Positions 18,385 to 31,065 of a stretch of 64,000 nt of DNA are shown here, piece after piece. This DNA is from a bacterium (GTDB lineage: Bacteria; UBA8248). The number at the start of each line of letters is the position of its first letter. The first letter of the stretch is position 1. The stretch covers positions 2,144,001-2,208,000 of the forward strand of contig OZ241326.1 of NCBI GenBank assembly GCA_965199855.1. The letters are read 5' to 3'. The notes beneath the pieces were generated by a model that saw only the letters and a list, made by a program, of their open reading frames with translations, was not told the origin of the DNA and searched no databases. Made by a program: the position numbers and the translations under genes.

Positions 18385-18969
18385 TTGAAGCCCTCGGCGA
18401 AGGAATTTCTGGAAGGGCGCGCCGCGCGCTATGAATCGGTCGCCGCGAGCGCGTATCCCCGCCAGGTGGACGACATCTGCGGCGTCATCCTCGAACGCCT
18501 GGAATCGAAGAAGAAAATCATCGCTTTCGGCAACGGGGGAAGCGCCGCGCTCGCCATGCACTTCACGGGCGAACTCGTGGGCCGCTTTCTGGCCGAGCGC
18601 GCCCCCCTGCCCGCCCTCTGCCTCGTCGGCGACGCGAGCGCCCTCACCGCCATCGGGAACGACTACGCGCATGAGGAGATATTCGCACGGCAAATCCAGG
18701 CGCACGGCCGGGAGGGAGACATCGCCCTGGGCCTGAGCGCGAGCGGGGCTTCCGTCAACGTCGTCTCCGCTCTCGAACGGGCGGGCGCGCTGGGGCTGAC
18801 GGGCGTCGCCATGACGGGAAGCGGCGGCGGCGCGGCCTCCCGCGCCGCGCGGCTCGCGGCGCGCGTCCCCTCGGACGAGACCGATTTCATCCAGGAAGCC
18901 CACGAAGCCGCCCTTCACTACATCTGCCGCCGCATCGACGGCGCCTTCACCGGGAGCGCAAGGGGATGA
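18385..18969 (+). CDS. gmhA: Phosphoheptose isomerase (SIS domain)
   Basis: FGNGGSA..HF.GELVGRF, TAIGNDY, IQEAH. Confidence 0.8.
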   Translation: MKPSAKEFLEGRAARYESVAASAYPRQVDDICGVILERLESKKKIIAFGNGGSAALAMHFTGELVGRFLAERAPLPALCLVGDASALTAIGNDYAHEEIFARQIQAHGREGDIALGLSASGASVNVVSALERAGALGLTGVAMTGSGGGAASRAARLAARVPSDETDFIQEAHEAALHYICRRIDGAFTGSARG

Positions 18970-19045
18970 GCGCGCTCCTCCCGAATCCGGGCGGCGGAAA
19001 CCGCCCCGAGCGGATGAGCCGGAAGCCGGCGGCGGAGCGCTAGAC

Positions 19046-19840
19046 GTGGAAATCGGAATTCTGGGCAGCGGAAGCCGGGGGAACGCCGCGCTGGTGCGCT
19101 CGAAGGACGCCGCGTTCCTCGTGGACGCGGGGCTGAGCGCGCGCCAGATCACGAAGCGCCTCGAGGCCTACGGCCTCCGCCCGCAGGATTTGATGGCCAT
19201 CGTGCTCACGCACGAGCACATCGATCACGTCCGAAGCGCGGGCACCCTGGCGAGAAGATGGAACCTGCCCCTGTGGACGAACAAGGGCACCTACCGGGCG
19301 AGCCTGGAGACGATAGGCGACACGCCCGCGTGGACGGAAATCGAGGTGGGCCTCCCCTTTCACATCGGCGGCGTGCGGGTCGAGCCCTTCAGCACGCCCC
19401 ACGACGCGGCCGATCCGTTCGGGATCATACTGAACGGCGAGGACGGGCGCCGCGTCGGGTTCGCCACCGACATGGGATTCGTCACGAACCTGGCGCGCCA
19501 GCGGCTCCTGGGGCTTCAGGGATTCGTCCTGGAGTTCAACCACGACGTGGAAATGCTCATCAACGGCCCCTACCCCTGGCCGATCAAGCAGAGAATCCGG
19601 GGCAAGCTCGGACACCTGAGCAACGAGGACGCGGCGGGGCTGCTGCGGCACGTCGCCACGGCCGACTTCGAGTGGCTCGTCTGCGCGCACATCTCGCAGG
19701 AGAACAACGAAAGCGGGCTTCTTCTGGAGACGGCCCGAAAAGCGCTGAACGGCCACGGCGGAGGAAGCCTCCTGAGCGCGGGCCAGGACGAACCCACCCC
19801 CCTCGTCGGCGCCGGAGGCGCCATGGAGGACGCTCCTTGA
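19046..19840 (+). CDS. MBL-fold metallo-hydrolase (YycJ/WalJ-like)
   Basis: SGSRGN, THEHIDH, PHDA, EFNHD, GHLSN. Confidence 0.9.
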   Translation: MEIGILGSGSRGNAALVRSKDAAFLVDAGLSARQITKRLEAYGLRPQDLMAIVLTHEHIDHVRSAGTLARRWNLPLWTNKGTYRASLETIGDTPAWTEIEVGLPFHIGGVRVEPFSTPHDAADPFGIILNGEDGRRVGFATDMGFVTNLARQRLLGLQGFVLEFNHDVEMLINGPYPWPIKQRIRGKLGHLSNEDAAGLLRHVATADFEWLVCAHISQENNESGLLLETARKALNGHGGGSLLSAGQDEPTPLVGAGGAMEDAP

Positions 19841-21144
19841 TTCCGCGATACGCGCGCCCCGGGATGGCGAAAATCTGGGAAGAGCGGGAAAAACTCGGGC
19901 GAATGCTCGACGTGGAGCTCGCCGTCTGCGAGGAGATGGCGGCGCGGGGCGAGATTCCGCAGGAGGCGCTCGCGGAGATCAGGGCGAAGGCGGCGTTCGA
20001 CCCCGAGCGCATCAGGGAGATCGAGCGCGTCACCAGGCACGACGTCATCGCGTTCCTCACCAGCGTGGCCGAGAGCGTCGGGCCGGCCTCGCGCTACATT
20101 CACCTCGGCATGACGAGCAGCGACGTGCTCGACACCGGCCTCGCGCTTCAGCTCGTCTCGGCGGCCGACGTCATTCTCGAGGACATCGAGAAGCTCGGGC
20201 GAACCCTCAAGAGGCGCGCCATCGAGCACAAGCGCACCCTCATGGCGGGCAGAACCCACGGGATGCACGCCGAGCCCACCACCCTGGGCCTCAAGATAGC
20301 CGCGTGGTACACGGAGTTCGAACGCGCGGGCGAGCGGATGCGAAGGGCGCGGGAGGCCGTTCGCGTCGGCCAGATATCAGGGGCCGTGGGCGCGTGTCCC
20401 CACATCCCGCCCGACGCCGAGGAGGCCGTCTGCAGGCGTCTGGGGCTCGAGGCGGACCGCGCGAGCAGCCAGATCATCCAGCGCGACCGCCACGCGGAGT
20501 ATCACCTCGCCCTCGCGCTCACGGCGGCGAGCGTCTCGCGCGTGGCGACCGAAGTCCGCCACCTGCAAAGAAACGAGGTGGGCGAGGCCGAGGAGTTCTT
20601 CCACAAGGGGCAGAAGGGCAGCTCCGCCATGCCCCACAAGAGAAACCCCGTCGTCTCCGAGCAGCTCTGCGGCCTCGCCCGCGTGGTGCAGGGAAACGCC
20701 GCGGCCGCCCTCCAGAACGTCCCCCTCTGGCACGAGCGCGACATTTCGCACTCCTCCGTGGAGCGCGTCATCCTGCCGGACAGCACGATTCTGGTCGATT
20801 ACATGCTCGCCAAACTCGACGATCTGATAAGCAACTGGATGATCTACCCCGAGAGGATGCGCGAGAACCTCGCGCGCTCGAAGGGTCTCCTGCTCAGCGA
20901 GCACGTGATGCTCGCCCTCATCCGCAAGGCGGGCGTCACGCGCGAGGAAGCCTACGCCCGCGTTCAGGCCCCCGCCATGGCGACATGGGCCGAAGGCGGC
21001 GACTTTCAGACCAGACTGGCGGCGGACCCCGATGTGGGCGGCGTCCTGGGCGAAGCGGAACTCGCGCGATGCTTCGACGTGGAGGCGCATCTGAAGAATC
21101 TGGACGCGATTTTCGAGCGCGTCTTCGGCCCCGGCGGGGAGTGA
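19837..21144 (+). CDS. purB: Adenylosuccinate lyase
   Basis: TTG start MIPRY; TRHDV, GRTHG, GSSAMPHKRNP. Confidence 0.96.
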   Translation: MIPRYARPGMAKIWEEREKLGRMLDVELAVCEEMAARGEIPQEALAEIRAKAAFDPERIREIERVTRHDVIAFLTSVAESVGPASRYIHLGMTSSDVLDTGLALQLVSAADVILEDIEKLGRTLKRRAIEHKRTLMAGRTHGMHAEPTTLGLKIAAWYTEFERAGERMRRAREAVRVGQISGAVGACPHIPPDAEEAVCRRLGLEADRASSQIIQRDRHAEYHLALALTAASVSRVATEVRHLQRNEVGEAEEFFHKGQKGSSAMPHKRNPVVSEQLCGLARVVQGNAAAALQNVPLWHERDISHSSVERVILPDSTILVDYMLAKLDDLISNWMIYPERMRENLARSKGLLLSEHVMLALIRKAGVTREEAYARVQAPAMATWAEGGDFQTRLAADPDVGGVLGEAELARCFDVEAHLKNLDAIFERVFGPGGE

Positions 21145-21290
21145 AGCGCGCGGGCGAGGTGACAAAGGCGGGCGCGTGTATGCTAGGATAAGCGGCACTC
21201 GGGAACGGCCATTTTCTTAACGCTCAAATGCTGGAGTCACCCCTCGGGGGAAAGCCCTGAATCCGGCGATCCTCGAATGGAGAATTGTTC

Positions 21291-22004
21291 ATGGAGCGCG
21301 GCAGACAGGTTTATGAGGGCAAGGCCAAGATCATCTACGAGACGAGCGACCCGGACCGCTGCATTCAGTTCTTCAAGGACGACGCCTCGGCCTTCAACGC
21401 GAAGAAGCTGGGCACCATCGAATCCAAGGGCGTCTTCAACAACTCCATCTCCTCCCGCCTGCTCCAGGAGGTGGAGCGGCGGGGGGTGCCCACGCACTTC
21501 GTCAAAAAACTCTCCGAGCGCGAGATGCTGGTGAAGAGGCTCGACGTCATTCCCGTCGAGGTGGTGCTGAGAAACGTCATCGCGGGAAGTTTGGCGAAGA
21601 GAATGGGCGTCGAGGAAGGCGCGCGCCTGCCCGGCGCGATTGTCGATCTGCATCTGAAAAACGACGCGCTGGACGACCCGCTCATCAACGAGGACACCGC
21701 CGCGGCCTTCAATCTCGCAACCCGCGAAGAGCTCGCCCGGATGCGCGAATACGCCCTTCGGGTGAACGACATCCTCACCGCGTTCTTCTCCGAGCGCAAC
21801 ATCGACCTCGTGGACTTCAAGCTCGAGTTCGGACGCTGCGCGGCCGAGGGCGGCAGGCTGCTGCTCGGCGACGAAATCACGCCGGACGGCTGCCGCCTCT
21901 GGGAGAAGGGAACCGGCAGAAAGCTGGACAAGGATCGCTTTCGCCGGGACATGGGCGACGTGGAAGACGCATACGCCGAAGTCGAAAAACTCGTCAAAAG
22001 CTGA
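21291..22004 (+). CDS. purC: SAICAR synthase
   Basis: [32 protein letters not shown]. Confidence 0.96.
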   Translation: MERGRQVYEGKAKIIYETSDPDRCIQFFKDDASAFNAKKLGTIESKGVFNNSISSRLLQEVERRGVPTHFVKKLSEREMLVKRLDVIPVEVVLRNVIAGSLAKRMGVEEGARLPGAIVDLHLKNDALDDPLINEDTAAAFNLATREELARMREYALRVNDILTAFFSERNIDLVDFKLEFGRCAAEGGRLLLGDEITPDGCRLWEKGTGRKLDKDRFRRDMGDVEDAYAEVEKLVKS

Positions 22005-22025
22005 CCCCTCCGCCCAGAGGCCGCG

Positions 22026-22289
22026 ATGGCGAAAGCCAGGGTCTATGTGACATTCAAGGCCGGCGTGCTCGACCCCCAGGGGGAAGCCGTTCGGGGCGCG
22101 CTCTCCTCTCTCGGCTTCGAGGGCGTGAGCGGCGTGCGCGTGGGGAAATTCATCGAAATCGAGCTGGAAGACTCCGGCGACGTCCGCGCCGACCTCGACC
22201 GAATGTGCCGGGAGCTCCTCGCCAACCCCGTCATCGAGGACTACCGCATCGAACTCGCGGAGGAGTCCGCGAACGGCGAGGGCGGGTGA
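22026..22289 (+). CDS. purS: FGAM synthase subunit PurS
   Basis: [16 protein letters not shown]. Confidence 0.96.
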   Translation: MAKARVYVTFKAGVLDPQGEAVRGALSSLGFEGVSGVRVGKFIEIELEDSGDVRADLDRMCRELLANPVIEDYRIELAEESANGEGG

Positions 22290-22980
22290 TGCGCTTCGCC
22301 GTCGTGGTCTTTCCGGGCTCCAACTGCGATCACGACTGCTACCGCGCCGTCAAGGACATCCTTGAGGAGCCGGTTCGCTTCGTCTGGCACAAGGAATCCT
22401 CCCTGGGGGACGCGGAGGCGGTGATACTCCCCGGCGGGTTCAGCTACGGGGATTATCTGAGGGCCGGCGCCATCTCGCGCTTCTCTCCCATTATGAAGGC
22501 CGTCTCCGCCCACGCCCGGCGGGGGCGGCCCCTCATCGGCATCTGCAACGGCTTCCAGTGCCTGACCGAGGCGGACCTCCTGCCCGGGGCGCTGCGGCGC
22601 AACGCGTCGCTCCGCTTCATCTGCGAGGCCGTCCGGCTGAGGTGCGAAACCGCCAGAACCCTCTTCACCCGCGGCATCGAGCCGGGAGAAATCCTCGAAA
22701 TGCCCATCGCGCACGGGGAGGGAAACTACTTCTGCGACCCCGAAACGCTCGCCGGGCTCGAGGACAACGAGCAAATCGTCTTTCGCTACGCGGACGCGGA
22801 GGGCCGCGCCCGCGCGGAGGCGAACCCCAACGGATCGGTCGCAAACATCGCCGGCGTCTGCAATCGGGAGGGAAACGTGGTGGGCCTCATGCCGCACCCC
22901 GAGCGCTGCTGCGACCCCCTGCTGGGCGGAGAGGACGGGCTGCGGGTGTTCGCCTCCGCCGCGCGAACGGCGGCCGCGTC

Positions 22981-22984
<4 letters not shown>
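22289..22984 (+). CDS. purQ: FGAM synthase glutaminase subunit PurQ
   Basis: [30 protein letters not shown]. Confidence 0.96.
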
Positions 22985-25218
<2,234 letters not shown>

Positions 25219-25221
25219 AAC

Positions 25222-26670
25222 ATGTCTGGATGGACGGATGACCATCCGAAGGAAGAATGCGGCGTCTTCGGGATTTACGGCCACCCCGAGGCGGCCAACA
25301 TGGCCTATCTCGGCCTCTACGCCCTCCAGCACAGGGGACAGGAGAGCGCGGGCATCGTGGCCTCCGACGGAGATCGGGTGCACAGCGAGGTCGGCATGGG
25401 CCTCGTGGCCGACGTGTTCACGCAGGAGCGCATCGGCAGGCTCCGGGGGCGCATCGCCATCGGGCACAACCGCTACTCCACCGCCGGGCAGTCCGACATC
25501 AAGAACGCCCAGCCGTTTCTGGTGAACTGCGCCAAGGGAACGCTCGCTCTGGGCCACAACGGAAATCTCGTCAACAGCGCCGCCCTGCGCGCGGAGCTCG
25601 AAGCCACGGGATCCATCTTCCGCAGCACGACGGACAGCGAGGTCATCCTGCACCTCATCGCCCGCTCGGAGGAGAAAACCGCCGAGGGCGCCATCCTGGA
25701 GGCCGTCCAGCGGCTGGAGGGCGCCTACACGCTCGCCATGATGAAGGAAGACGCGCTGATAGGGGTTCGGGACCCTCTCGGCTTCCGTCCCCTCGTTCTG
25801 GGCAGGCTCCCCTCCGACCTGCCCGGGGTCGATTCCTGGGTTCTCGCGAGCGAGACGTGCGCGCTCGATCTCATCGACGCCGAATACGTCCGCGAAGTGG
25901 CGCCGGGCGAGATGGTCGTCATCGACGCGGACGGGCCGCGGAGCGTCTCCTGCGCGGCGCCCGGGCGACGCCGGCAGTGCATCTTCGAATTCATCTACTT
26001 CGCCCGGCCGGACAGCCTGATTTTCGGCAAGAACGCCTACTCCGTCCGGCGAAAGCTGGGCGCGCGGCTCGCGGAGGAGGACAGCCTGGATGCGGACGTC
26101 GTCATCCCCGTTCCCGACTCGGGCCTCGCCGCCGCGCTCGGATACGCGCGCGCCTCGCGCCTGCCTCTGGAATGGGGCCTGATTCGCAACCACTACGTGG
26201 GCCGCACCTTCATCGAGCCGGAGCAGTCCATCCGTCATTTCGGCGTCAAACTGAAGTTGAACCCGATCAAGGAGTTTCTGGCGGGCCGGCGCGTCGTGGT
26301 GGTTGACGACTCCCTCGTCCGGGGGACGACGAGCAGGAAAATCGTCGAGCTCATCCGGGGGGCGGGCGCGAAGGAGGTGCACATGCGGGTCAGCTCTCCG
26401 CCCATCACGCATCCGTGCTTCTTCGGCATCGACATGCCCACCCTCGCGGAGCTCAAGGCGTCCTCGCAAAGCGTCGAGGAAATCCGGCGCTTCCTGGACG
26501 CGGACAGCCTCTATTATCTCTCCCTGGAGGGGTTGCTCGGCTGCGTTCACCCGGATGAAGGGGAATTCTGCACGGCGTGCTTTTCGGGCGATTACCCGAT
26601 TCCCGTCGATCAGAGCGACGATCAGCTCTCCCTCTTCCGGGATTCCCGCACCTCCGAGCACCGCGCATAA
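25222..26670 (+). CDS. purF: Amidophosphoribosyltransferase
   Basis: EECGVFG, QHRGQE, VDDSLVRGTT. Confidence 0.97.
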   Translation: MSGWTDDHPKEECGVFGIYGHPEAANMAYLGLYALQHRGQESAGIVASDGDRVHSEVGMGLVADVFTQERIGRLRGRIAIGHNRYSTAGQSDIKNAQPFLVNCAKGTLALGHNGNLVNSAALRAELEATGSIFRSTTDSEVILHLIARSEEKTAEGAILEAVQRLEGAYTLAMMKEDALIGVRDPLGFRPLVLGRLPSDLPGVDSWVLASETCALDLIDAEYVREVAPGEMVVIDADGPRSVSCAAPGRRRQCIFEFIYFARPDSLIFGKNAYSVRRKLGARLAEEDSLDADVVIPVPDSGLAAALGYARASRLPLEWGLIRNHYVGRTFIEPEQSIRHFGVKLKLNPIKEFLAGRRVVVVDDSLVRGTTSRKIVELIRGAGAKEVHMRVSSPPITHPCFFGIDMPTLAELKASSQSVEEIRRFLDADSLYYLSLEGLLGCVHPDEGEFCTACFSGDYPIPVDQSDDQLSLFRDSRTSEHRA

Positions 26671-26675
26671 AGGGT

Positions 26676-26704
26676 TTGACCTCGCCGCCGTTGGCTGTTA
26701 TCCT
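26676..26704 (+). promoter_or_regulatory. sigma70-like promoter upstream of mltD
   Basis: TTGACC-N17-TATCCT with extended -10 TG. Confidence 0.5.
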
Positions 26705-26754
26705 TCCCGTCATACTGCAAGCGAAGCTGTTTCCGCCCCTTTGAAGATCAAACA

Positions 26755-28563
26755 ATGACAAAAGAACCGAAGAAGAGCACCGTCCCCGGCGCGAAGCGAA
26801 TCAGTTTGCTCATTCTCTGCGTCTTCGCGGCGGGGTGCGGCGGGGCGACTCTCGCCAAGAAGGAAATTCAGCCGAAGAACCCGGCGGACGGCGGCGCGGT
26901 CGAAGCGCGCGTCCGCGCTCCTTCGGACGGGGCCGTCCCCTCCCCGGAGCGCGCGCCGTTCGAAGCGCGGGCAAAGCCGCCGCGCGCCACGCTTCCCGCC
27001 GGCTTGCAAGACGCCCGGGAGGATCAGCCGCTCCGGGACGCTCTTGGCGCGGCCGCGAAACCGCCGGATGAGGAAGCGGTCGAGGTGGACAAGGACATCG
27101 AGCCCTCCCCGCACGACCTCAGCCTGCCGATGCCCGAAGTCGAGGAAGAGGCCGACGTTCCGCCCTCGCCGCCCGCCGCGGCGGCGCCCAAGGCCGCTTC
27201 CTACGACGTGCCCGTCGTCCGCAACGCCCTCGTGGACAGGTGGATCAATTACTTCACGGGCCAGGGACGCGCGAACTTCTCCATCTGGCTGAGCAGGAGC
27301 GGGCGCTACCTCCCGCTGTTCCGCGAAATTCTGAAGGAGCGCGGCCTGCCGCAGGATCTGGCGTATCTTCCCCTGATCGAGAGCGGCTTCAGCTCCAGGG
27401 CGCGCTCCAGGGCCGGCGCCGTCGGCCAGTGGCAGTTCATGCCGGGCACCGCGAGGATCATGGGGCTGAAAATCAACTTCTACGTGGACGAGCGCCGCCA
27501 CCCGATCAAATCCACCCGCGCGGCCGCGACGTATCTCTCGAAACTCTACGAGGAGTTCGGCGACTGGCATCTGGCGCTCGCCAGTTACAACGCGGGCGAG
27601 CGCCGCGTCATGCGGGCCATGCGCAGATCGGGAAAAAAGAACTACTGGTCGCTCGTCAAAACGAGACACCTGCCCAACGAGACGCGCCAATACATCGCCA
27701 AATACCTGGCGGGGATGATCATCGCCAAGAACCCGGAAGCCTTCGGCTTCAAGGACGTCCCCTACCAGGAGTCCTGGAACTACAAAGCCGTCCCGCTCCC
27801 GCACGGCGTCAGCCTGAAGGCGGTTTCCCGCGCCGCGGGCGTTCCGCTGCCCGCGCTGAGGAAAATCAACGCGGAGTTCAGGACTTCCGTCACGCCCCCG
27901 CGGAAGGGGTACAGGGTTTTCCTGCCGCGCGAGAAGGCGGAGGGACTCGGCGCGAAGCTGGCGAAACTGCCCAAGGCGCGCCTGCGGGCTTCGCGCTACT
28001 ACCGGATTCGGCCGGGCGACACCCTCGGCGACATAGCGAGAAGATTCCGGATTCCCCTGCGCCGCCTGATGGCGCTGAACGCCCGCCTCCATCCCAAAAG
28101 ACTCCGGCCGGGCCGCAAAGTTCTTCTCTCCCGGCATGGGGAGAGCCCCGGAACGGCCCGCCGCAGGCTCGCGCGGGCGAACGGGAGCCCCGCCGCGCCC
28201 GGGACGCACGTCGTGCGGCGCGGCGAGAGCCTGTGGGTGATCGCCCGAAAGCGCGGCGTCTCCATCCGGCAGCTGACCCGGCTCAACCCCGGCCTTCGTC
28301 CCAAGCGCATACGCATCGGCGCGAAGATTCGCCTCCCCGCCCCGAAGCCGAAGCGCCCAGCGAAGGCGGAAAAAATCGGGAAAGAGCGGAAGAACAGGGA
28401 GAAGAACGGAGGCGGGCCATCCCACCACCTCGTCGGCCCGGGAGAGAACGTCTGGCTCATCGCCAGGAGATACGGCGTCTCGACGAAATCCCTGCTCGCC
28501 TGGAATCGCCTGAGCGACTCGGCCATGATTTTTCCGGGAAACAGGCTCATCATTCGCCGCTAG
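26755..28563 (+). CDS. mltD: Lytic transglycosylase lipoprotein (SLT + 3 LysM), MltD-like
   Basis: Lipobox FAAGC; IESGF, GAVGQWQFM, ASYNAG; three LysM repeats. Confidence 0.88.
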   Translation: MTKEPKKSTVPGAKRISLLILCVFAAGCGGATLAKKEIQPKNPADGGAVEARVRAPSDGAVPSPERAPFEARAKPPRATLPAGLQDAREDQPLRDALGAAAKPPDEEAVEVDKDIEPSPHDLSLPMPEVEEEADVPPSPPAAAAPKAASYDVPVVRNALVDRWINYFTGQGRANFSIWLSRSGRYLPLFREILKERGLPQDLAYLPLIESGFSSRARSRAGAVGQWQFMPGTARIMGLKINFYVDERRHPIKSTRAAATYLSKLYEEFGDWHLALASYNAGERRVMRAMRRSGKKNYWSLVKTRHLPNETRQYIAKYLAGMIIAKNPEAFGFKDVPYQESWNYKAVPLPHGVSLKAVSRAAGVPLPALRKINAEFRTSVTPPRKGYRVFLPREKAEGLGAKLAKLPKARLRASRYYRIRPGDTLGDIARRFRIPLRRLMALNARLHPKRLRPGRKVLLSRHGESPGTARRRLARANGSPAAPGTHVVRRGESLWVIARKRGVSIRQLTRLNPGLRPKRIRIGAKIRLPAPKPKRPAKAEKIGKERKNREKNGGGPSHHLVGPGENVWLIARRYGVSTKSLLAWNRLSDSAMIFPGNRLIIRR

Positions 28564-28576
28564 CCTCAAGGGATTC

Positions 28577-28606
28577 TTGACACCGGCTCTCACGCTCTCC
28601 TAAGAT
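28577..28606 (+). promoter_or_regulatory. sigma70-like promoter upstream of bamD
   Basis: TTGACA-N18-TAAGAT. Confidence 0.55.
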
Positions 28607-28646
28607 TGGGGCGGAGGCGCGCTTCACTTTTTGGAATCGAGAAAAT

Positions 28647-29420
28647 ATGCCCCATCGACCCGCGCATCGCGTCCTGTTCGCTCTTTTGTCCCTGGCCTGC
28701 CTGCTCCCTCTGCTGAGCGGCTGCGTTTCGCGTCCGAAGGAGCAGGCTTCTCCGGGAGAACTGCTGGTCATCGGCGAGGAGGATTTGCGCGCCGAGCGCT
28801 TCGAGGCCGCGCGCGCCGCGTTCAAGCGCCTGCTCCAGGAATACCCGGACAGCGGACACCGCAGAAGCGCGCTGCTGCGTCTGGCGGATTCCTACTACCA
28901 GGCGGAGGAATACATCGAGTCGAAGCTGCAATACGCCGAATACGCGCGGCTCTACCCCGTGAGCGCGGGAACGCCGAAGGCGTATTACTTCCTCGCCATG
29001 AGCGACTACCGGCAGAACGCGGAGACCGACCAGGATTCCTCCGCCGCCGAAGGAGCCCTCAAGAACTTTCAAACCCTCATCGAGCGCTTTCCCGGCTCGA
29101 ACTACGCGGCCGACGCGAAGCGGAAAATACGGGAATTGAGGGAGCATCTCGGCAGACACGCCCTGTTCGTCGCGAACTTCTATTTCAGGACGAAGCTGCG
29201 CGTCTCCGCGATTCCGCGCTACAGGGAAATCATCCAGGACTTCAAGGACGCGCCCGGGGTTCGCGCCGAAGCCATGTACATGCTCGGCGAGAGCTACAGG
29301 CTGGAGGAGAGCTTCAAGAAGGCGGGAGACGTCTATCTTTCGCTTCTGAAGGCGTATCCCGCCGACCCGCGCGCCTCATCGGCCCACGAGAGGCTCCTCG
29401 CGCTCACGGGCGAAAAATGA
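28647..29420 (+). CDS. bamD: Outer-membrane protein assembly factor BamD
   Basis: Lipobox LSGC, TPR helices, DQ...A...F..LIERFP.S.YA, VANFY. Confidence 0.88.
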   Translation: MPHRPAHRVLFALLSLACLLPLLSGCVSRPKEQASPGELLVIGEEDLRAERFEAARAAFKRLLQEYPDSGHRRSALLRLADSYYQAEEYIESKLQYAEYARLYPVSAGTPKAYYFLAMSDYRQNAETDQDSSAAEGALKNFQTLIERFPGSNYAADAKRKIRELREHLGRHALFVANFYFRTKLRVSAIPRYREIIQDFKDAPGVRAEAMYMLGESYRLEESFKKAGDVYLSLLKAYPADPRASSAHERLLALTGEK

Positions 29421-29473
29421 CTCCCGCCAGGCCCGTCCCTCCCGACGACCCGACCGCATGGGGGTAGCCTTCG

Positions 29474-30454
29474 ATGCCTCGCTCGAACGCCGGCGGGACC
29501 GGGGAGCGGTGCGCGCGTGACGAGGCTCGCCCGAAGAAAGAGGCGACTTCCTTCCCGACGGGCGAAGCGGATGACGCGGCCGGGGCCTTCGATTCCCCGG
29601 ACGACGCGCGCGAAGAGGCGTCCGTTTCTCCCGACGCGGACATCCTGTCCATCTACCTGAAGGACATCGGCGCCCACCCCGTTCTCGCGCGCGAGGAGGA
29701 GCGGGAGCTCGCCCTCAAGGCGAGGGACGGGGACGAGGAGGCGTTCAACGGGCTCGTTCGCTCGAATCTGCGATACGTCGTCAGCGTGGCGAAGCGCTAC
29801 AAGGGCTTCGGACTCTCGCTCGAGGATCTGATCAACGAGGGGAACATCGGTCTGATCAACGCGATCAGGCGCTTCGAGCCCGAACGCGGCGTAAAGCTCA
29901 TCACCTACGCCGTCTGGTGGATTCGCCAGAGCATCATGCACGCGCTGGCGGATCAGAAGGGCACCGTCAAGCTGCCCGTCAAGCAGGCCGGCCTGCTCCA
30001 CAGAATCTCCATCGCGCGCGAAAGGCTGCGGCAGGAACTCGGCCGGGAGCCGGCGACGTTCGAGCTCTCCGAGCGGCTGGACATGAAGGCGGCGGACATC
30101 GAGAAGCTGGTCCGCGCCAACCGCACCTCCCTTTCCCTCGACGAGGCCGTCTCCCCCGACGACAGCACCAGCTACCTCGACCTGCTCGAGGAGGAAAGCG
30201 CCGAAACCCTGGAGGAAAGCGCCGTTCGGCACTCTCTCGAAGAGGAGGTCGAAGACCTCCTGGGCGAACTCGACCCCAGGGAGCGCGACATCATCCGGAT
30301 GCGCTACGGCTTCGACGGAGAGGCGATGACGCTCGAGGAAATCGGCCGCGAGCTCGGGCTGTCGCGCGAGAGAATCCGGCAGATAGAGAAGAAGGTGATC
30401 AGCCGCTTTCGCGCGCGGGACGGCAGCCGGACGCTGCATGACTTCCTGAGCTGA
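29474..30454 (+). CDS. RNA polymerase sigma70-family factor (RpoD/RpoS-like, lacking region 1.1)
   Basis: YLKDIG, SNLRYVVSVAKRY, DLINEGNIGL, TYAVWWIRQ, TLEEIG...SRERIRQIE. Confidence 0.93.
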   Translation: MPRSNAGGTGERCARDEARPKKEATSFPTGEADDAAGAFDSPDDAREEASVSPDADILSIYLKDIGAHPVLAREEERELALKARDGDEEAFNGLVRSNLRYVVSVAKRYKGFGLSLEDLINEGNIGLINAIRRFEPERGVKLITYAVWWIRQSIMHALADQKGTVKLPVKQAGLLHRISIARERLRQELGREPATFELSERLDMKAADIEKLVRANRTSLSLDEAVSPDDSTSYLDLLEEESAETLEESAVRHSLEEEVEDLLGELDPRERDIIRMRYGFDGEAMTLEEIGRELGLSRERIRQIEKKVISRFRARDGSRTLHDFLS

Positions 30455-30456
30455 CC

Positions 30457-31065
30457 ATGTCCAGGGCGAAAGAAGAAGACCCGGGCGCGCCGCCCGCGGG
30501 ATGGCGGGAGGCCGCCTCGCGCCTCATCGCGAGCGGAACCGGCAAAAGGTTCACGCTCTCCAACAGCCTCACCCTCGCCCGCATCCTGATGGTTCCGCTG
30601 CTCGTCCTCTTCCTGCTGGAGGGCTCGCCCCCCGCGCAATACTTCGCGGCCGGGCTGTTCGTGATGGCCGCCTTCACCGACTGGCTGGACGGCCACCTCG
30701 CCAGAACGCGCGACCAGGTGACGCCCCTGGGCGAAATTCTCGACCCCGTGGCCGACAAGCTGCTCATCCTCGCCGCCCTGATCCCCCTGGTGTCGCTCGG
30801 AAGGGCGGACGCCTGGGTCGTGGGCATCCTGCTGGGGCGGGAGCTGCTGGTGACCGCCTTTCGCGCCGTGGCCGCGCGCCAGGGGCTGGTGGTGCCGGCG
30901 GGCGGCCTCGGCAAAATCAAGATGGGACTGGAGGTCTCGGCGATCTTCTTCCTCATCCTGAACGTTCTCGCGCCTTTGGGCACGATTCTCATCTGGGCCG
31001 CCATGATGGCGGCCGTGATCTCCGCGGTTGACTACTTCCGGCAAATCATCCGGGAGGTCTCTTGA
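30457..31065 (+). CDS. pgsA: CDP-DAG--glycerol-3-phosphate phosphatidyltransferase
   Basis: NSLTLARI, TDWLDGHLAR...LGEILDPVADK, GKIK. Confidence 0.9.
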   Translation: MSRAKEEDPGAPPAGWREAASRLIASGTGKRFTLSNSLTLARILMVPLLVLFLLEGSPPAQYFAAGLFVMAAFTDWLDGHLARTRDQVTPLGEILDPVADKLLILAALIPLVSLGRADAWVVGILLGRELLVTAFRAVAARQGLVVPAGGLGKIKMGLEVSAIFFLILNVLAPLGTILIWAAMMAAVISAVDYFRQIIREVS

